This document shows, in pieces, positions 42,457 to 52,928 of a DNA stretch of 64,000 nucleotides (position 1 is its first letter; each line of letters opens with the position of its first letter). This DNA is from an uncultured delta proteobacterium. Its GTDB lineage: Bacteria; Desulfobacterota; Desulfobacteria; Desulfobacterales; SG8-13. The notes under the pieces were generated by a model that saw only the letters and a program-made list of their open reading frames with translations, searched no databases and was not told where the DNA came from. The translations under genes were made by a program, and so were the position numbers. Location: contig CAWKCK010000005.1 of NCBI GenBank assembly GCA_963848135.1, positions 248,001-312,000 on the forward strand, read 5' to 3'.

Positions 42457-45400
42457 TTATTGGTTGATCGCTTCCTCTTGAAAAGCCGTGTCAATCTGAC
42501 TCAAGAGCTCTTCATCGGTAAAGTGTTTTAAAAAAACCGCATTTGTGGGGCACTTTGCGCAACAGAGTCCGTCACCTTTACACAGAACGGGATTGACCCA
42601 GGCTTTTCTGCCCTGGGGTGTCTCGCGGAACTCAATCGCCCCATACGTGCAGGCGGTAATACAAGCCCCACACGATACACAATCGTTCTCTTTAACCTCG
42701 CAAACAGAACCGGAGACGGTGACGGTATTATTTGAGAGAAGGGTTAACGCGCGGCTGGCAGCCCCATAAGCCTGGTTGATCGCCTCGGGAATATGCTTGG
42801 GATAGTGAGCTGTTCCACACAGAAAAACGCCGTCCGCGGCAAAATCGACAGGTCGTAATTTGACATGGGCTTCTTTGAAAAAATTATCCGCTCCCAACGA
42901 AACCTTGAAAAATTGAGATATTTTTTTGTTGCCCGCAGAGGGAATAACGGCGGCAGCCAGAACGAGGTAATCGGCATCTATCGCCAGCTTCTGACCGAGA
43001 ATGGGATCGGTTGCGGCAACCCTTAAAACAGGCCGACCCTCTACCGTAGCCATTTCTATGCTGGGTTTATCTCCAGGCTCATATTGAATGAACTTTACAT
43101 CTTTATCAGACGCTTGCCGGTAATAATCCTCAATAAACCCATAGGTTCTTATATCCCGAAATAGAATGTAGATATCCATCTCGGGGTTTAACTCTTTCAG
43201 TTTCAGTGCGTTCTTTATCGAATGACTGCAACACACCCGGCTACAGTAATTTCTGTCTTCATTTCTGCAGCCGATGCATTGGATCATCACGAGACTCTGG
43301 GCGTTTATGACCTTGTCATCCGCTTTGGCGATTTTCTCCCCCAACTCTATATTGGTCATTACCCTGTCGTCATCACCGTACATGTATTCCGTGGGTTTAT
43401 ATTCATCGGCACCTACAGCGATGACGGTTGCACCATGTTTTATCTCAGTGCCCCCTCGTTCAGAGGTTACTTTGGTTAAGAAATTTCCAACATAACCGGT
43501 GGCCTCCCGGATGACGGCATCCGTATATACGTGTATTAACTGGTGCTGATAAACCTTGCGCTCCAGATCATGCAGATAGGCCTGAACATCCATCCCATCA
43601 AGCGTGGAATAGATTCTTCTCGCCATTCCTCCCAGTTCTGTATCCTTTTCCAGCAGGTACACCTCATGGCCCTGTTTGGCGATGGAGAGAGCACAATTCA
43701 TGCCGGCGATACCGCCACCAACCACCAACGCCGCCTTGTTTACCGGCAGATCGATCTCCTGTAATGGCTCCAGACAGCAGGCCCGGGCGACCGACATCCG
43801 CGTGATATCCTTTGCCTTATCGGTGGCATTTTCCTTTTCCCGCGCGTGGACCCAGGAACAATGTTCCCTGATATTTGCCATTTCAAAGAAATACGGGTTG
43901 ATTCCGGCCTCCCGAAGCGTATCCCGAAATAACGGTTCAAGTGTCCGCGGAGAACAAGCAGCAACAACGACCCGATTGAGTCCCTTTTCCCGAATCTTCT
44001 CCGTTATTGACTCGGCAGAGTCAGTCGCACATGAAAACAGTTGTTCTGTGGCGTAAACGACGTTATCCAGGGTCTTGGAATATTCAACGACGGAAGGCAC
44101 ATCGACCACCCTTCCGATATTTGCACCGCAATGACACACAAAAACACCGACCCTGGGTTCTTCTTCCGCGACATCCTTTTCCGATGGATATACCCTTTCT
44201 TTGGACAGCTTCCCGCGCCGGTAGTCAAGGAATTCACCGCATTGGGCCCCAGCGCCGCTGGCGGTAATTACCGACTCGGGGATATCCAAAGGACCCTGGA
44301 AGGCACCGCTGACAAAAATTCCCGGACGAGAAGTCTCAATGGGGTTCGCAGATTTGGTTTTGCAGAATCCGTGTGAATTAAGCATGATACCATACATATC
44401 AGCCAATTTTTCCGCTTCAGCCGGAGGGTTCAGCCCTACGGATAATACCACCAGATCGAACTCCTCTTCCTTCACGCCGTCCGCGCTCGTTGCGTATCGT
44501 ATGGTAACATTGCCGCTTTCCGGGATTTCTTTTCCTATGGACACGTAGCTTCTGATAAATCGAACCCCGTCAAGGTTCTCTGCTCTCTGATAGAATAGTT
44601 CGAAATCCTTGCCATAGGAACGAATATCGTTATGGAATACCGTACACTCGGCCGCGGCATCATGATCTTTTGTCAAAATCACCTGCTTCTGAGTATAGGT
44701 GCAGCATACGGCTGAACAATAGCTGTTATCCCCGGGGGTAACCCGCCGGGAACCGACGCATTGAATCCAGGCGATTTTATGGGGATGCTTCTTATCGGAA
44801 GGGCGCAATATCTCGCCTTCATGCGGCCCTGTGGCGCACAGAAGCCTTTCGAAATCAAGGCTGGTGACTACGTTCTCAATCTTACCGTAGCCATAGTCGC
44901 CCCTCAACTTTGGGTCAAAAGGCTCATATCCCGGAGACAGTACAATCGCTGCGACTTTTACTTCGACCTTCTCCGGTTCCTGCTGAAAATCTATCGCCTC
45001 GTTCTTGCAGACACCTTCACAAATACGGCATTTTTTCTGTTCTAGATAAATGCAGCTTTGTTCTATGTAGGTGACAAGGGGAACGGCCTGAGAAAAGTAT
45101 ATATGGATGGCTTTATTCGCCGATAAATCCTGATTGTATGGATCAGGGACCTCTACCGGGCAGTATTCTACACAGGTAGCACAGCCTGTACATCTGTCTT
45201 CAATGACGTATCTGGGTTTTTTATTCAATGTGACCTTGAAGTCTCCTGCTTCACCTTCGACAGCGTCAACTTCAGTATAGGTCAAAACCTCTATATTGGG
45301 ATGCCGGCCGACCTCGACCAGTTTGGGCGAGAGTATTCACATCGAACAGTCATTGGTGGGATAGGTCTTGTCCAGCTGGGCCATATGCCCGCCAATGGCA

Positions 45401-45567
45401 GGTGCTTTCTCAACCAGATAAACCTTATAACCCGAACCGGCAAGATCGAGAGACGCCTGAATGCCGCTGATCCCTCCACCGACAACCATCACATCTCCAA
45501 AATTGCTGGCTGCAAAACTTTTCCGAAGTTGTTGAACTTTTTCCTCTCGCACTGGTTCTTTTTCCAC
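42457..45567 (-). CDS. bamE: Class II benzoyl-CoA reductase subunit E (HdrA-like selenoprotein)
   Basis: [25 protein letters not shown] with TGA at 45337-45339 joins two in-frame ORFs; two FAD-binding GGG motifs, many Fe-S motifs; about 1036 aa. Confidence 0.92.
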
Positions 45568-45649
45568 TTTCTATCACCTCATTCGGTTTCGTAGGTCAGC
45601 TTGCGCGCTAATTCCAAATTGCGAAGAATATGCTTATAAAATTCGCAGG

Positions 45650-46801
45650 CTAAATCACTTCCGCGATAATCTCCGTGATGTCCTTAACCTCCAGGCTTTC
45701 ACTATCCTCGAGGGTCAATCTGCTTTCCTCAAAATGGGCTATGCAATATGGGCAGGAAGTCACCAACACCTCCGCCCCGACGCTCACCGCTTGTTCGATT
45801 CTGAAATCAGAGAATCTTTCACCCTTAAGCGTTTCCATCCAGATCCGGCCGCCGCCGCCGCCGCAACACAGACTATCTGCCCGCGACTCAGGCATCTCAT
45901 GCAATTCTAAACCGGGTATCTTCGTTAACGCCTTTCGGGGTTCGTCAAATATACCATTATGTCGCCCCAGGTAACAGGGATCATGATAAGTCACTTTTTT
46001 CCCATACTCCTTGGTGAACGCAAGCCTGCCCTCATCGATAAGCTCGGATAAATATTGAGTGATATGCACCACCTCAAAGTTTACCATAAATTCGGAATAC
46101 TCGTTTTTAAAAGTATGGTAGCAATGAGGAGAAGAAACGAGGATTCTCTTAACCCCATTATCGATGAAGGTTTTGATGTTTTCTTTTGCCAGACGTTTAA
46201 ATAATTCCTCATCGCCCGTTTTGCGGATGCTTTCGCCGCAGCAATTCTCCTTGGTACCCAATATTCCGTAATCCAAGCCTACTTTGTTAAGGATAGTGGC
46301 TGTAGCAACCGCTACTTTTTTTAATCGCGGGTCATAGCTGAGATAGCAACCGGGGAAATACAACAGTTCCATCTCTTCGGTGAAGGTTTTGACAGACAGA
46401 CCTTCGGCCCACTTTGCCCGATCCTCCCGTTTTTCATTCAGTGGGTTCCCTTCGCCGGTGAGACTTGCGCTGATGGCGCGGACAGGATTGGCGGAAGCAG
46501 GAAAAACCCCGTATTCCGTGGCAATCCTGCGTAAAGATAACCCGGAGTCTATCTGCTTTACGTCCCTGGGACACTTCTGGGGACAGATACCGCAGGTCGT
46601 ACAACGCCATATATCGTCACTTTCGATATCCGTCATACCGAACGTTGCTTCTCGGACGATCTTGCGCATACTGAAGGTTCTGACCCTGTTCCACGGGCAG
46701 ACAACATCGCAGAGTCCGCATTGATAGCATCGCTTGAAGGCTTCGCCGCCGTTGGCTTTTATGACGTCTACGATCTCTTTATAGTCGGCTACGTTCTCCA
46801 C
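45650..46801 (-). CDS. bamD: Class II benzoyl-CoA reductase subunit D (HdrD-like, CCG domains)
   Basis: CYQCGLCDVVCP, CTTCGICPQKCP, ENCCGE, YHDPCYLGRHN, CCGGGGG. Confidence 0.88.
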   Translation of the reverse strand: MENVADYKEIVDVIKANGGEAFKRCYQCGLCDVVCPWNRVRTFSMRKIVREATFGMTDIESDDIWRCTTCGICPQKCPRDVKQIDSGLSLRRIATEYGVFPASANPVRAISASLTGEGNPLNEKREDRAKWAEGLSVKTFTEEMELLYFPGCYLSYDPRLKKVAVATATILNKVGLDYGILGTKENCCGESIRKTGDEELFKRLAKENIKTFIDNGVKRILVSSPHCYHTFKNEYSEFMVNFEVVHITQYLSELIDEGRLAFTKEYGKKVTYHDPCYLGRHNGIFDEPRKALTKIPGLELHEMPESRADSLCCGGGGGRIWMETLKGERFSDFRIEQAVSVGAEVLVTSCPYCIAHFEESRLTLEDSESLEVKDITEIIAEVI

Positions 46802-46836
46802 TGTCTTTATTAATCCTCGTAGTGTATTTTATCTAT

Positions 46837-47373
46837 TCAGTCCTTCTTTGACATTCGGGCGACGGCATCCAATATCTTCTGCAATCCATATTTGTCTGCC
46901 AGCGACTCCAATCCAATCTCCAACTCCTCCGGCTTTTCTTCTTCTTCAACTTCCTCTTCTCTTTCTTCTAAAATCAGGGCATCGGTTAGGCACCACTTTA
47001 CACACAGGGGCTCTTCTTCGCCTTCACACATATCGCATTTTACTGGGAGACCGGAGTCGGGTTCTTTGAACTCTTCCCTGGAAGGGCAAGAGGCTCTGCA
47101 GAAAGCACACTCGTCGTATTCCTTTCCGTCAATCGTGTATTTGTCTCTGCCGGCACATTCGGCCGGGGCATAATCACCGGCGAATACCGGAACATATACA
47201 TCCCTGATGGGATCACGAATCAACCGAATCCGCGCTCTGGCCGGATTGTTGCTGCTATATTTTGGCTCGGCGTGAAAGGCGGAGCAGATGAGCTCGCACG
47301 ACCTGCAACCATTGCACTTATCAAGATCAATTCTTATTGTTTTAACAATTTTTTTCTTTTTCTCACCCGTCAC
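46837..47373 (-). CDS. bamC: Class II benzoyl-CoA reductase subunit C (ferredoxin-like)
   Basis: CNGCRSCELICSAFH, ECAGRDKY.IDGKEYDECAFCRASCP, KCDMC. Confidence 0.92.
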   Translation of the reverse strand: MTGEKKKKIVKTIRIDLDKCNGCRSCELICSAFHAEPKYSSNNPARARIRLIRDPIRDVYVPVFAGDYAPAECAGRDKYTIDGKEYDECAFCRASCPSREEFKEPDSGLPVKCDMCEGEEEPLCVKWCLTDALILEEREEEVEEEEKPEELEIGLESLADKYGLQKILDAVARMSKKD

Positions 47374-47397
47374 GGTAGTACCCCTTTCGATTTATTC

Positions 47398-49398
47398 CTA
47401 AACTTTTTCCGTAGAGGTCTCTTGGGAAGGAGCATTCTCGCTGTCGGTCAAGATCCCCCTTTTCACGAAGTCTTCGCTCACATATTCCAATTCCAATTCC
47501 TGCAGGGTCTCTTTCGTGGGAATCCCATCGTTATTCCACCCTTTGAAATTGTAGTAAGTATCCAGGAGTTCCTTTTCGAGTTCGGGAAATCTTTTCTTCC
47601 AATGGTCCTCAGGTGGCTTTTCATCTGTTCTCCGTAAGCCCCTTCTGATATTGAAAGCTCTGACTAACGTTCGGTATCTCTTGGCGGCTTGTGATAATTT
47701 AGCTTCATCCATATCTATCCCGGCTCCTGCTGACATTAATTTCGGGATATTGTGTATGTGATACGGGGGCTTTATATGAAATGATGACAAACCGGTGCAC
47801 ATGCCAAGGGCGTCATCGATGTAGTGCATCCGCTCTTGCCAGTCGACGATATCACATGTCATTTCAACAGTCGGGTAATAGGGCATCGAGTTTTCTCCGC
47901 GGGGTTCCCAGTCCAAAAAATATTGCTTGAACCTGTCATCCGGAACCTGGAACCAGTCCTCTACAAATTTTTCTCTGTGCTCCCTCTTTGGAAAAGGTGC
48001 CTGGGGGAACTGCCCCTCAATTTGAGTAATGTTCATCTTTTCGCCGGTACAGTACATCAGGAAATAGATCGGATTGAGCATCGACAGCTTGAGCGGCAGC
48101 TGCTCGTGCTTTTTAATGTTATTATGCGCAAATGCATCTGCGCCCTTACCGATCTGTTGGGCCGCCCAATGTGTTCCGTTGGCCAGTACATCCCCAATGC
48201 CTTCCCGCCGAACAATCCGGTCAAGCAGCCAGTAAAATCTTTCCTCGTTTTCGCTTGGCATTCCCGCCATGTCATCGTCGGTTAAAATCCCGTTTTCATA
48301 AAGTTCGAGGGCGAAGGCCATCACTTGCGGGGTTGAGTAACCGTCCAGGCCATACTCCGTGGCACGCTGAGCAATTCTCAGACCAAAATCCAGATTCGAC
48401 ATGGCCGCCATGGTATACGTCAGTTTCGAGAAGCATTTCATCATATAGGTCGGCTGGCCCGGCGGCGTTATGGTTGCCCCGCATTCCATTGGGCAGTTAT
48501 AGCAACTGATCAGTCGCGTCCGCATCGTGTTCAGCGTCTCCCTCCATTCTTCAGCGACCTCTGGGGTCCAATATCCTTTTCTGCGGTGACGGGCATTTCC
48601 CCAGGAAAAATTTTCAGTGTGCCACCTCTCATCGTGAATGGCCATCTCTTGCGGAGATCCGAGCACGGCGAGGATGGGGATGACCCCCGGAATGGGATTA
48701 TCTTCGCGAAATTTTATGTATTCTATAACTTCATAGCAAAGTTGCATGAATTCTGCCGGTCGGGCGACATTGATGTCATTGGTCCCCCGTACAACGATCG
48801 CCTTCAGTCCTTTGTCGCCCATGACAGCACCGATTCCACCGCGGCTGGCACTGGATCTGCCCTGCTCGATAGAAGCATAGTAAACCCTATTTTCACCGGC
48901 CAGGCCGATAGCCGCCACCTGAGATTTCGGTTGCTTTAACTCCTTTCGAATAAGCTCTGCAGTTTCATTGGCGCCTTTTCCCTTCAGATGTGACGCATCG
49001 CGTATCTCGACCTTGTCATTGTGTATCCACAAATAAACCAGATCAGGGGACTTTCCGCGAATGATCACCTTGTCATAGCCAGCATACTTCAATTCCGGTG
49101 CAAAGAATCCCCCCATCATTGAAAATGCCATTAACAGCGTCTGGGGAGAAATGGTGCTAACAATGGTTCGATTACAACCGGTGGCTGGCGTGCCGCACAA
49201 AAGACCGGCGGCAAATATCAGCAGGTTTTCAGGCGAAAAAGGCTCAACTTCAGGGGGAACCCTGTCCCATAATATCTTGGTGCTCGTCCCCAGGCCTCCC
49301 AGATAAAGCTCCGTGTCACGAGGGTCCGTGTGCACCCGTTCAATGTTTCCCCGGGTCAGATCCACTTCCAGGTTAACCCCTGTCTCTGCGTACCTCAT
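47398..49398 (-). CDS. bamB: Class II benzoyl-CoA reductase catalytic W-pterin subunit (AOR family)
   Basis: MRYAETG..LEVDL, SPQEM..HDE.WHTENF, SCYNCP..C, YMMKCF, ITQIEGQFP: recognisably the BamB subfamily. Confidence 0.95.
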   Translation of the reverse strand: MRYAETGVNLEVDLTRGNIERVHTDPRDTELYLGGLGTSTKILWDRVPPEVEPFSPENLLIFAAGLLCGTPATGCNRTIVSTISPQTLLMAFSMMGGFFAPELKYAGYDKVIIRGKSPDLVYLWIHNDKVEIRDASHLKGKGANETAELIRKELKQPKSQVAAIGLAGENRVYYASIEQGRSSASRGGIGAVMGDKGLKAIVVRGTNDINVARPAEFMQLCYEVIEYIKFREDNPIPGVIPILAVLGSPQEMAIHDERWHTENFSWGNARHRRKGYWTPEVAEEWRETLNTMRTRLISCYNCPMECGATITPPGQPTYMMKCFSKLTYTMAAMSNLDFGLRIAQRATEYGLDGYSTPQVMAFALELYENGILTDDDMAGMPSENEERFYWLLDRIVRREGIGDVLANGTHWAAQQIGKGADAFAHNNIKKHEQLPLKLSMLNPIYFLMYCTGEKMNITQIEGQFPQAPFPKREHREKFVEDWFQVPDDRFKQYFLDWEPRGENSMPYYPTVEMTCDIVDWQERMHYIDDALGMCTGLSSFHIKPPYHIHNIPKLMSAGAGIDMDEAKLSQAAKRYRTLVRAFNIRRGLRRTDEKPPEDHWKKRFPELEKELLDTYYNFKGWNNDGIPTKETLQELELEYVSEDFVKRGILTDSENAPSQETSTEKV

Positions 49399-49512
49399 TT
49401 TTTTTCCCTTCTAGATTATCTGAATCCGTGACATATTTTTTAATTCATCGCGGGTCACAGGCACTGAACCCAAGCGGCCTTACCCGCCAGATGACGGTTA
49501 ATGCGCAAGACG

Positions 49513-49548
49513 TGATTACAAAGTAGCTATATTGTAATTATACGTCAA
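49513..49548 (-). promoter_or_regulatory. bam operon promoter overlapped by three 11-bp-spaced repeats
   Basis: Minus strand TTGACG-17bp-TACTTT; plus-strand repeats TGATTACAA/TAGCTATAT/TAATTATAC at 49513, 49524, 49535. Confidence 0.55.
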
Positions 49549-49727
49549 GGAAAAATTGTATGTCTGTCGATATGACATAACAGCCAAATATTATTTCGAA
49601 AAAGAAAGAATATCCACCGTCTTCACCGTTCAGTCGCTATGAAGTCATGGATAGAAATAGTACCTCTCCGAATCATTGATGGCCGATTTTCGTAATATGA
49701 TCGATTTCAAGGGCATCCCGCTTTCCA

Positions 49728-49907
49728 TCAGTCGGTGCGAATGATTTTGACGTGCTTGCCCACCCAACTCGGCGGCAGATAGACCCTGCCGCTGTTTCCA
49801 TTTGATTTAACGACCTTTTCGATCAGCTCTTCCCCAAAGACCCTGAACTTGGCCTTGGGGGGGCTGCCGGGATTTACCTGTTTTGCACTGACCTTTTTCA
49901 GCCCCAT
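49728..49907 (-). CDS. DUF2080 family small protein
   Basis: KFRVFGEELIEKVVKSNGNSGRVYLPPSWVGKHVKIIR; start uncertain (49907 or 49997). Confidence 0.8.
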   Translation of the reverse strand: MGLKKVSAKQVNPGSPPKAKFRVFGEELIEKVVKSNGNSGRVYLPPSWVGKHVKIIRTD

Positions 49908-50101
49908 TTTTCCAATTAAGCGACCATATCCACCCCTATCCGGCGGAAAACGCTGACTCTCTTTTGGTCCAGGACCATCGGTATTCCCGATAGGCATCAG
50001 CCGAATTCCCGAGGCTGGCAGGTAGAATAGTTAAGTTTATGTAATTGTTTATCATTTTTCTGTAAATCCGCCTGGATCGTAAAGGAAACTCGTTGCATCA
50101 A

Positions 50102-50132
50102 CAGCTATAAAGTAACTACAATTTAGCTACAA
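50102..50132. promoter_or_regulatory. Three 11-bp-spaced direct repeats upstream of the DUF2080 gene
   Basis: CAGCTATAA (50102), TAACTACAA (50113), TAGCTACAA (50124). Confidence 0.55.
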
Positions 50133-50403
50133 AAAGTCATAGGAGTTCGCCCGGAATTTGTCAAGAGAAAAAACTCAGCAGACCGAAGATGAAAATTGCG
50201 GGGGTCGATGATAACTCTTTAAAGTGCTCAGGCCAGAATTACGGTGGAATTTTACTTTTAGAACGGAAGGGGCATGAGAGAATCGGACACAAGATTTGTA
50301 AATTGTGTGATATGATATGGATGCAAAACGTTCAATTTTATATGTTGGTATAATTGTTCAGAACGTTCTTACTTATTATTTCCAAAGAAAGAAGTGTGAC
50401 CCG

Positions 50404-51528
50404 ATGATACCGAAATCTTTTTATACGCCATACACTATCTGCGGCGTCCTTTTATTTCTCATGATCGGGCTACTCGTCGGCTGTGGGTCCAGTGATTCAG
50501 GGTTTGTCCCGGTGGCCACCTCAACAACGCCGATCCTCTTTTCTGATGACTGGCCGGAAGCCGGTACGGTTGAAAGACTTTGCAGCGTGCCGGTCGCGGC
50601 ACAAGCCATGGACAGCACTTTCCCTGATCAGGTTGTGGGCAGCGGATCCCCGGGGAGTTGCACCAGCGCAGCATTCGTAGCGGCGGTGGCAGCCGGAGGT
50701 GTGATCACCTTTGACTGCGGCCCGGATCCGGTCACCATCACCCTCATGGAAACCGCCAAAGTATATAATGATACCGGTCCGGAGATCGTCATCGATGGCG
50801 GTGGTTTGGTCACCCTAAGCGGCGCCAGTCAGCGGCGAATTTTGTATATGAACACATGTGATCCAGATCTGACCTGGACCACCCCGCACTGCCAGGACCA
50901 GGATCATCCCCGACTAACGCTGCAGAACCTGACCTTTGTGAACGGTTATACCTCCGGTGCCGACCCCAATGGTGGCGGGGCGATCTTCGTGCGCGGCGGG
51001 CGCTTCAAGATCGTTAACTGCCGCTTTTTCAATAATCGTTGCGATGATGAGGGCCCGGACGTGGGCGGTGCGGCTGTGCGCGTACTCAGCCAATATGACA
51101 ACCAGCCTGTCTATGTGGTCGAATCAACTTTCGGCGGTCGCGATGATCTGGGTAATATCGGTGCCAACGGCGGCGCCCTGAGCAGCATTGGGGTCTCTTT
51201 CACTGTAATCAACTGCGTCATGAGCCACAACCAGGCCATCGGATATGGCGCAAATCCGGCCCGTCCCGGAACTCCCGGTGGCGGTAGCGGCGGGGCCATT
51301 TACAACGACGGCAACACTTTCACCCTCGAGTTGTGCGGCAGCACTCTGACGGAAAACACGGCCAACGAAGGTGGCGGGGCGATCTTTTTCGTGAGCAACG
51401 ACCTTAGTGGCAACCTCCACATCGATCGATCCCTTCTAAGCAACAACCCCAGCCTTGGCTTTGAGAACGACCCTGGTATTTTTGTCCTGGCGGGCGAGAT
51501 CGAATATATCGATTCGGTGATCGAATAG
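50404..51528 (+). CDS. Lipoprotein with parallel beta-helix (GGAI-repeat, pectin lyase-like) domain
   Basis: Lipobox LVGC; repeated GGAI/GGAL..N motifs. Confidence 0.75.
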   Translation: MIPKSFYTPYTICGVLLFLMIGLLVGCGSSDSGFVPVATSTTPILFSDDWPEAGTVERLCSVPVAAQAMDSTFPDQVVGSGSPGSCTSAAFVAAVAAGGVITFDCGPDPVTITLMETAKVYNDTGPEIVIDGGGLVTLSGASQRRILYMNTCDPDLTWTTPHCQDQDHPRLTLQNLTFVNGYTSGADPNGGGAIFVRGGRFKIVNCRFFNNRCDDEGPDVGGAAVRVLSQYDNQPVYVVESTFGGRDDLGNIGANGGALSSIGVSFTVINCVMSHNQAIGYGANPARPGTPGGGSGGAIYNDGNTFTLELCGSTLTENTANEGGGAIFFVSNDLSGNLHIDRSLLSNNPSLGFENDPGIFVLAGEIEYIDSVIE

Positions 51529-51605
51529 CAGCATGGACAATTTTGGCCCAAGCTTTTACAGGTGTAACCTTGTTCGATCATCAGATTGACTGCAAGCGAG
51601 AAGGC

Positions 51606-51778
51606 TTAACCGACTGTTGGAATACTATTGCGCTTGACAATAGGGCGCTAATGGCTGAGCCGCGGAACCCTATCCCCGCTTCAGCGAAAATGCTCATTTA
51701 TCACACACAAACTCCGCTTTTTCGTCGGATTTTGCCTTGTCTTTCCCTCGCTCATGACGTTTTTCAACACCCTGTTAA
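51606..51778. mobile_element. MITE-like element, family C, copy 1
   Basis: About 85-bp core nearly identical to 52782-52867; ends ..CTGTTGGAATA / TTTTTCAACACCCTGTTAA. Confidence 0.65.
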
Positions 51779-51846
51779 GGAGCAGGCCTGCATATAGAAT
51801 CGCTGAATAAATTTCAAACCTGCACGCCGCCAACCGGCTACCTGCC

Positions 51847-52431
51847 TTATTGCAACCCCAACAACCCTTCCCGGATTTTCTTGTCAGCCTTCTCGCCCAC
51901 ATTATAGCGATAGTACATCTGCGCGAAGGTTTTTCCCGGGATGGTGCCCTTGACTTCCCCTTGGTAGGTGAGCGTCAGGCCCTTACCCGGCACGTAGACC
52001 GACTCGGAGGTCAGTCCCGGCTGCATGTCCTTGTCCAGCCAGGAAGCGTACTTTTCGATATCCGCCCGGTTGGCATCCACCAGGTCCTTGGTGTTGTTCT
52101 CTTCCATGAGTTCGATAAACCCTTCACTGATTTTCTTGGCAGTAGCCTTGCTGGTCAGGTAGTGGGTGCGCATGTATTTAACTTGCTCGGATTCGATGAC
52201 TTCATTTGGATCTTTGGTTGGGTTTTCAAGGTAAAGGCCTACCGCGTATACCTTTACGAACCCGAGTTTTTTGAGGTAGGATACTCCGTTGAGTTTCAAG
52301 GTCTTGCCCGCGATGGTGATCTCCGTGGGATATTTCACGCCCAACACGTCCACCTCGTCGGCGAATCCAATACTGGCACCAACAAACAGGAACACCACGG
52401 CCAATAACCAAGCAAGCCGGTTTCTGGTCAT
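51847..52431 (-). CDS. Chalcone isomerase-like periplasmic protein
   Basis: Signal peptide; LKLNG, FVKVYAVGLYL, PGKG, GTIPG..FA, LLG C-terminus. Confidence 0.85.
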   Translation of the reverse strand: MTRNRLAWLLAVVFLFVGASIGFADEVDVLGVKYPTEITIAGKTLKLNGVSYLKKLGFVKVYAVGLYLENPTKDPNEVIESEQVKYMRTHYLTSKATAKKISEGFIELMEENNTKDLVDANRADIEKYASWLDKDMQPGLTSESVYVPGKGLTLTYQGEVKGTIPGKTFAQMYYRYNVGEKADKKIREGLLGLQ

Positions 52432-52476
52432 TCTTCACTCCTTTCGATCGTCTGTGATTTTCCTAGATTTCTAGAT

Positions 52477-52635
52477 CCTGAGTTGAGCAATTTTTAAGGA
52501 AGCGATGTGCTGAGTTCTTGTTCATCAAGGGCCTGCGCCAACCGCAGGCATACCCATGGCTATGTCGAGGATTGGCACAGGCTCTTGATGGACAATAGAT
52601 GGGTGCAGCGCGAGTCAAAAATCGCTCAAATTAGG
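52477..52635. mobile_element. MITE-like element, family B (full copy)
   Basis: 19-bp imperfect terminal inverted repeats CCTGAGTTGAGCAATTTTT / AAAAATCGCTCAAATTAGG and a long internal hairpin; partial copies at 19286 and 34289. Confidence 0.7.
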
Positions 52636-52726
52636 TATATATAACATTCACTATTTAAAACACTCAATAGGTAATCTCACCAAAAGTGCAAAAAGGGTGC
52701 TCATTCAGGAAGAGTGGATAGTTCAA

Positions 52727-52873
52727 TTAATAGGCTGCTGAAAAACGGTTCGCTTGATAATACGGCGTTACAATCCTCCTCAAAATGCTCATTTATCAAA
52801 CAGAAACTCCGTTTTTTCGTCGGATTTTGCCTTGTCTTACCCTGGCTCATGACTTTTTTCAACACCCGGTCAA
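52727..52873. mobile_element. MITE-like element, family C, copy 2
   Basis: Ends TAGGCTGCTGAAAAA / TTTTTTCAACACCCG; core shared with 51687-51772. Confidence 0.65.
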
Positions 52874-52928
52874 GTGCCCCATTGATAAATGAGAATTTAT
52901 TCGCTTAAGTACACCACGATACTCACAA

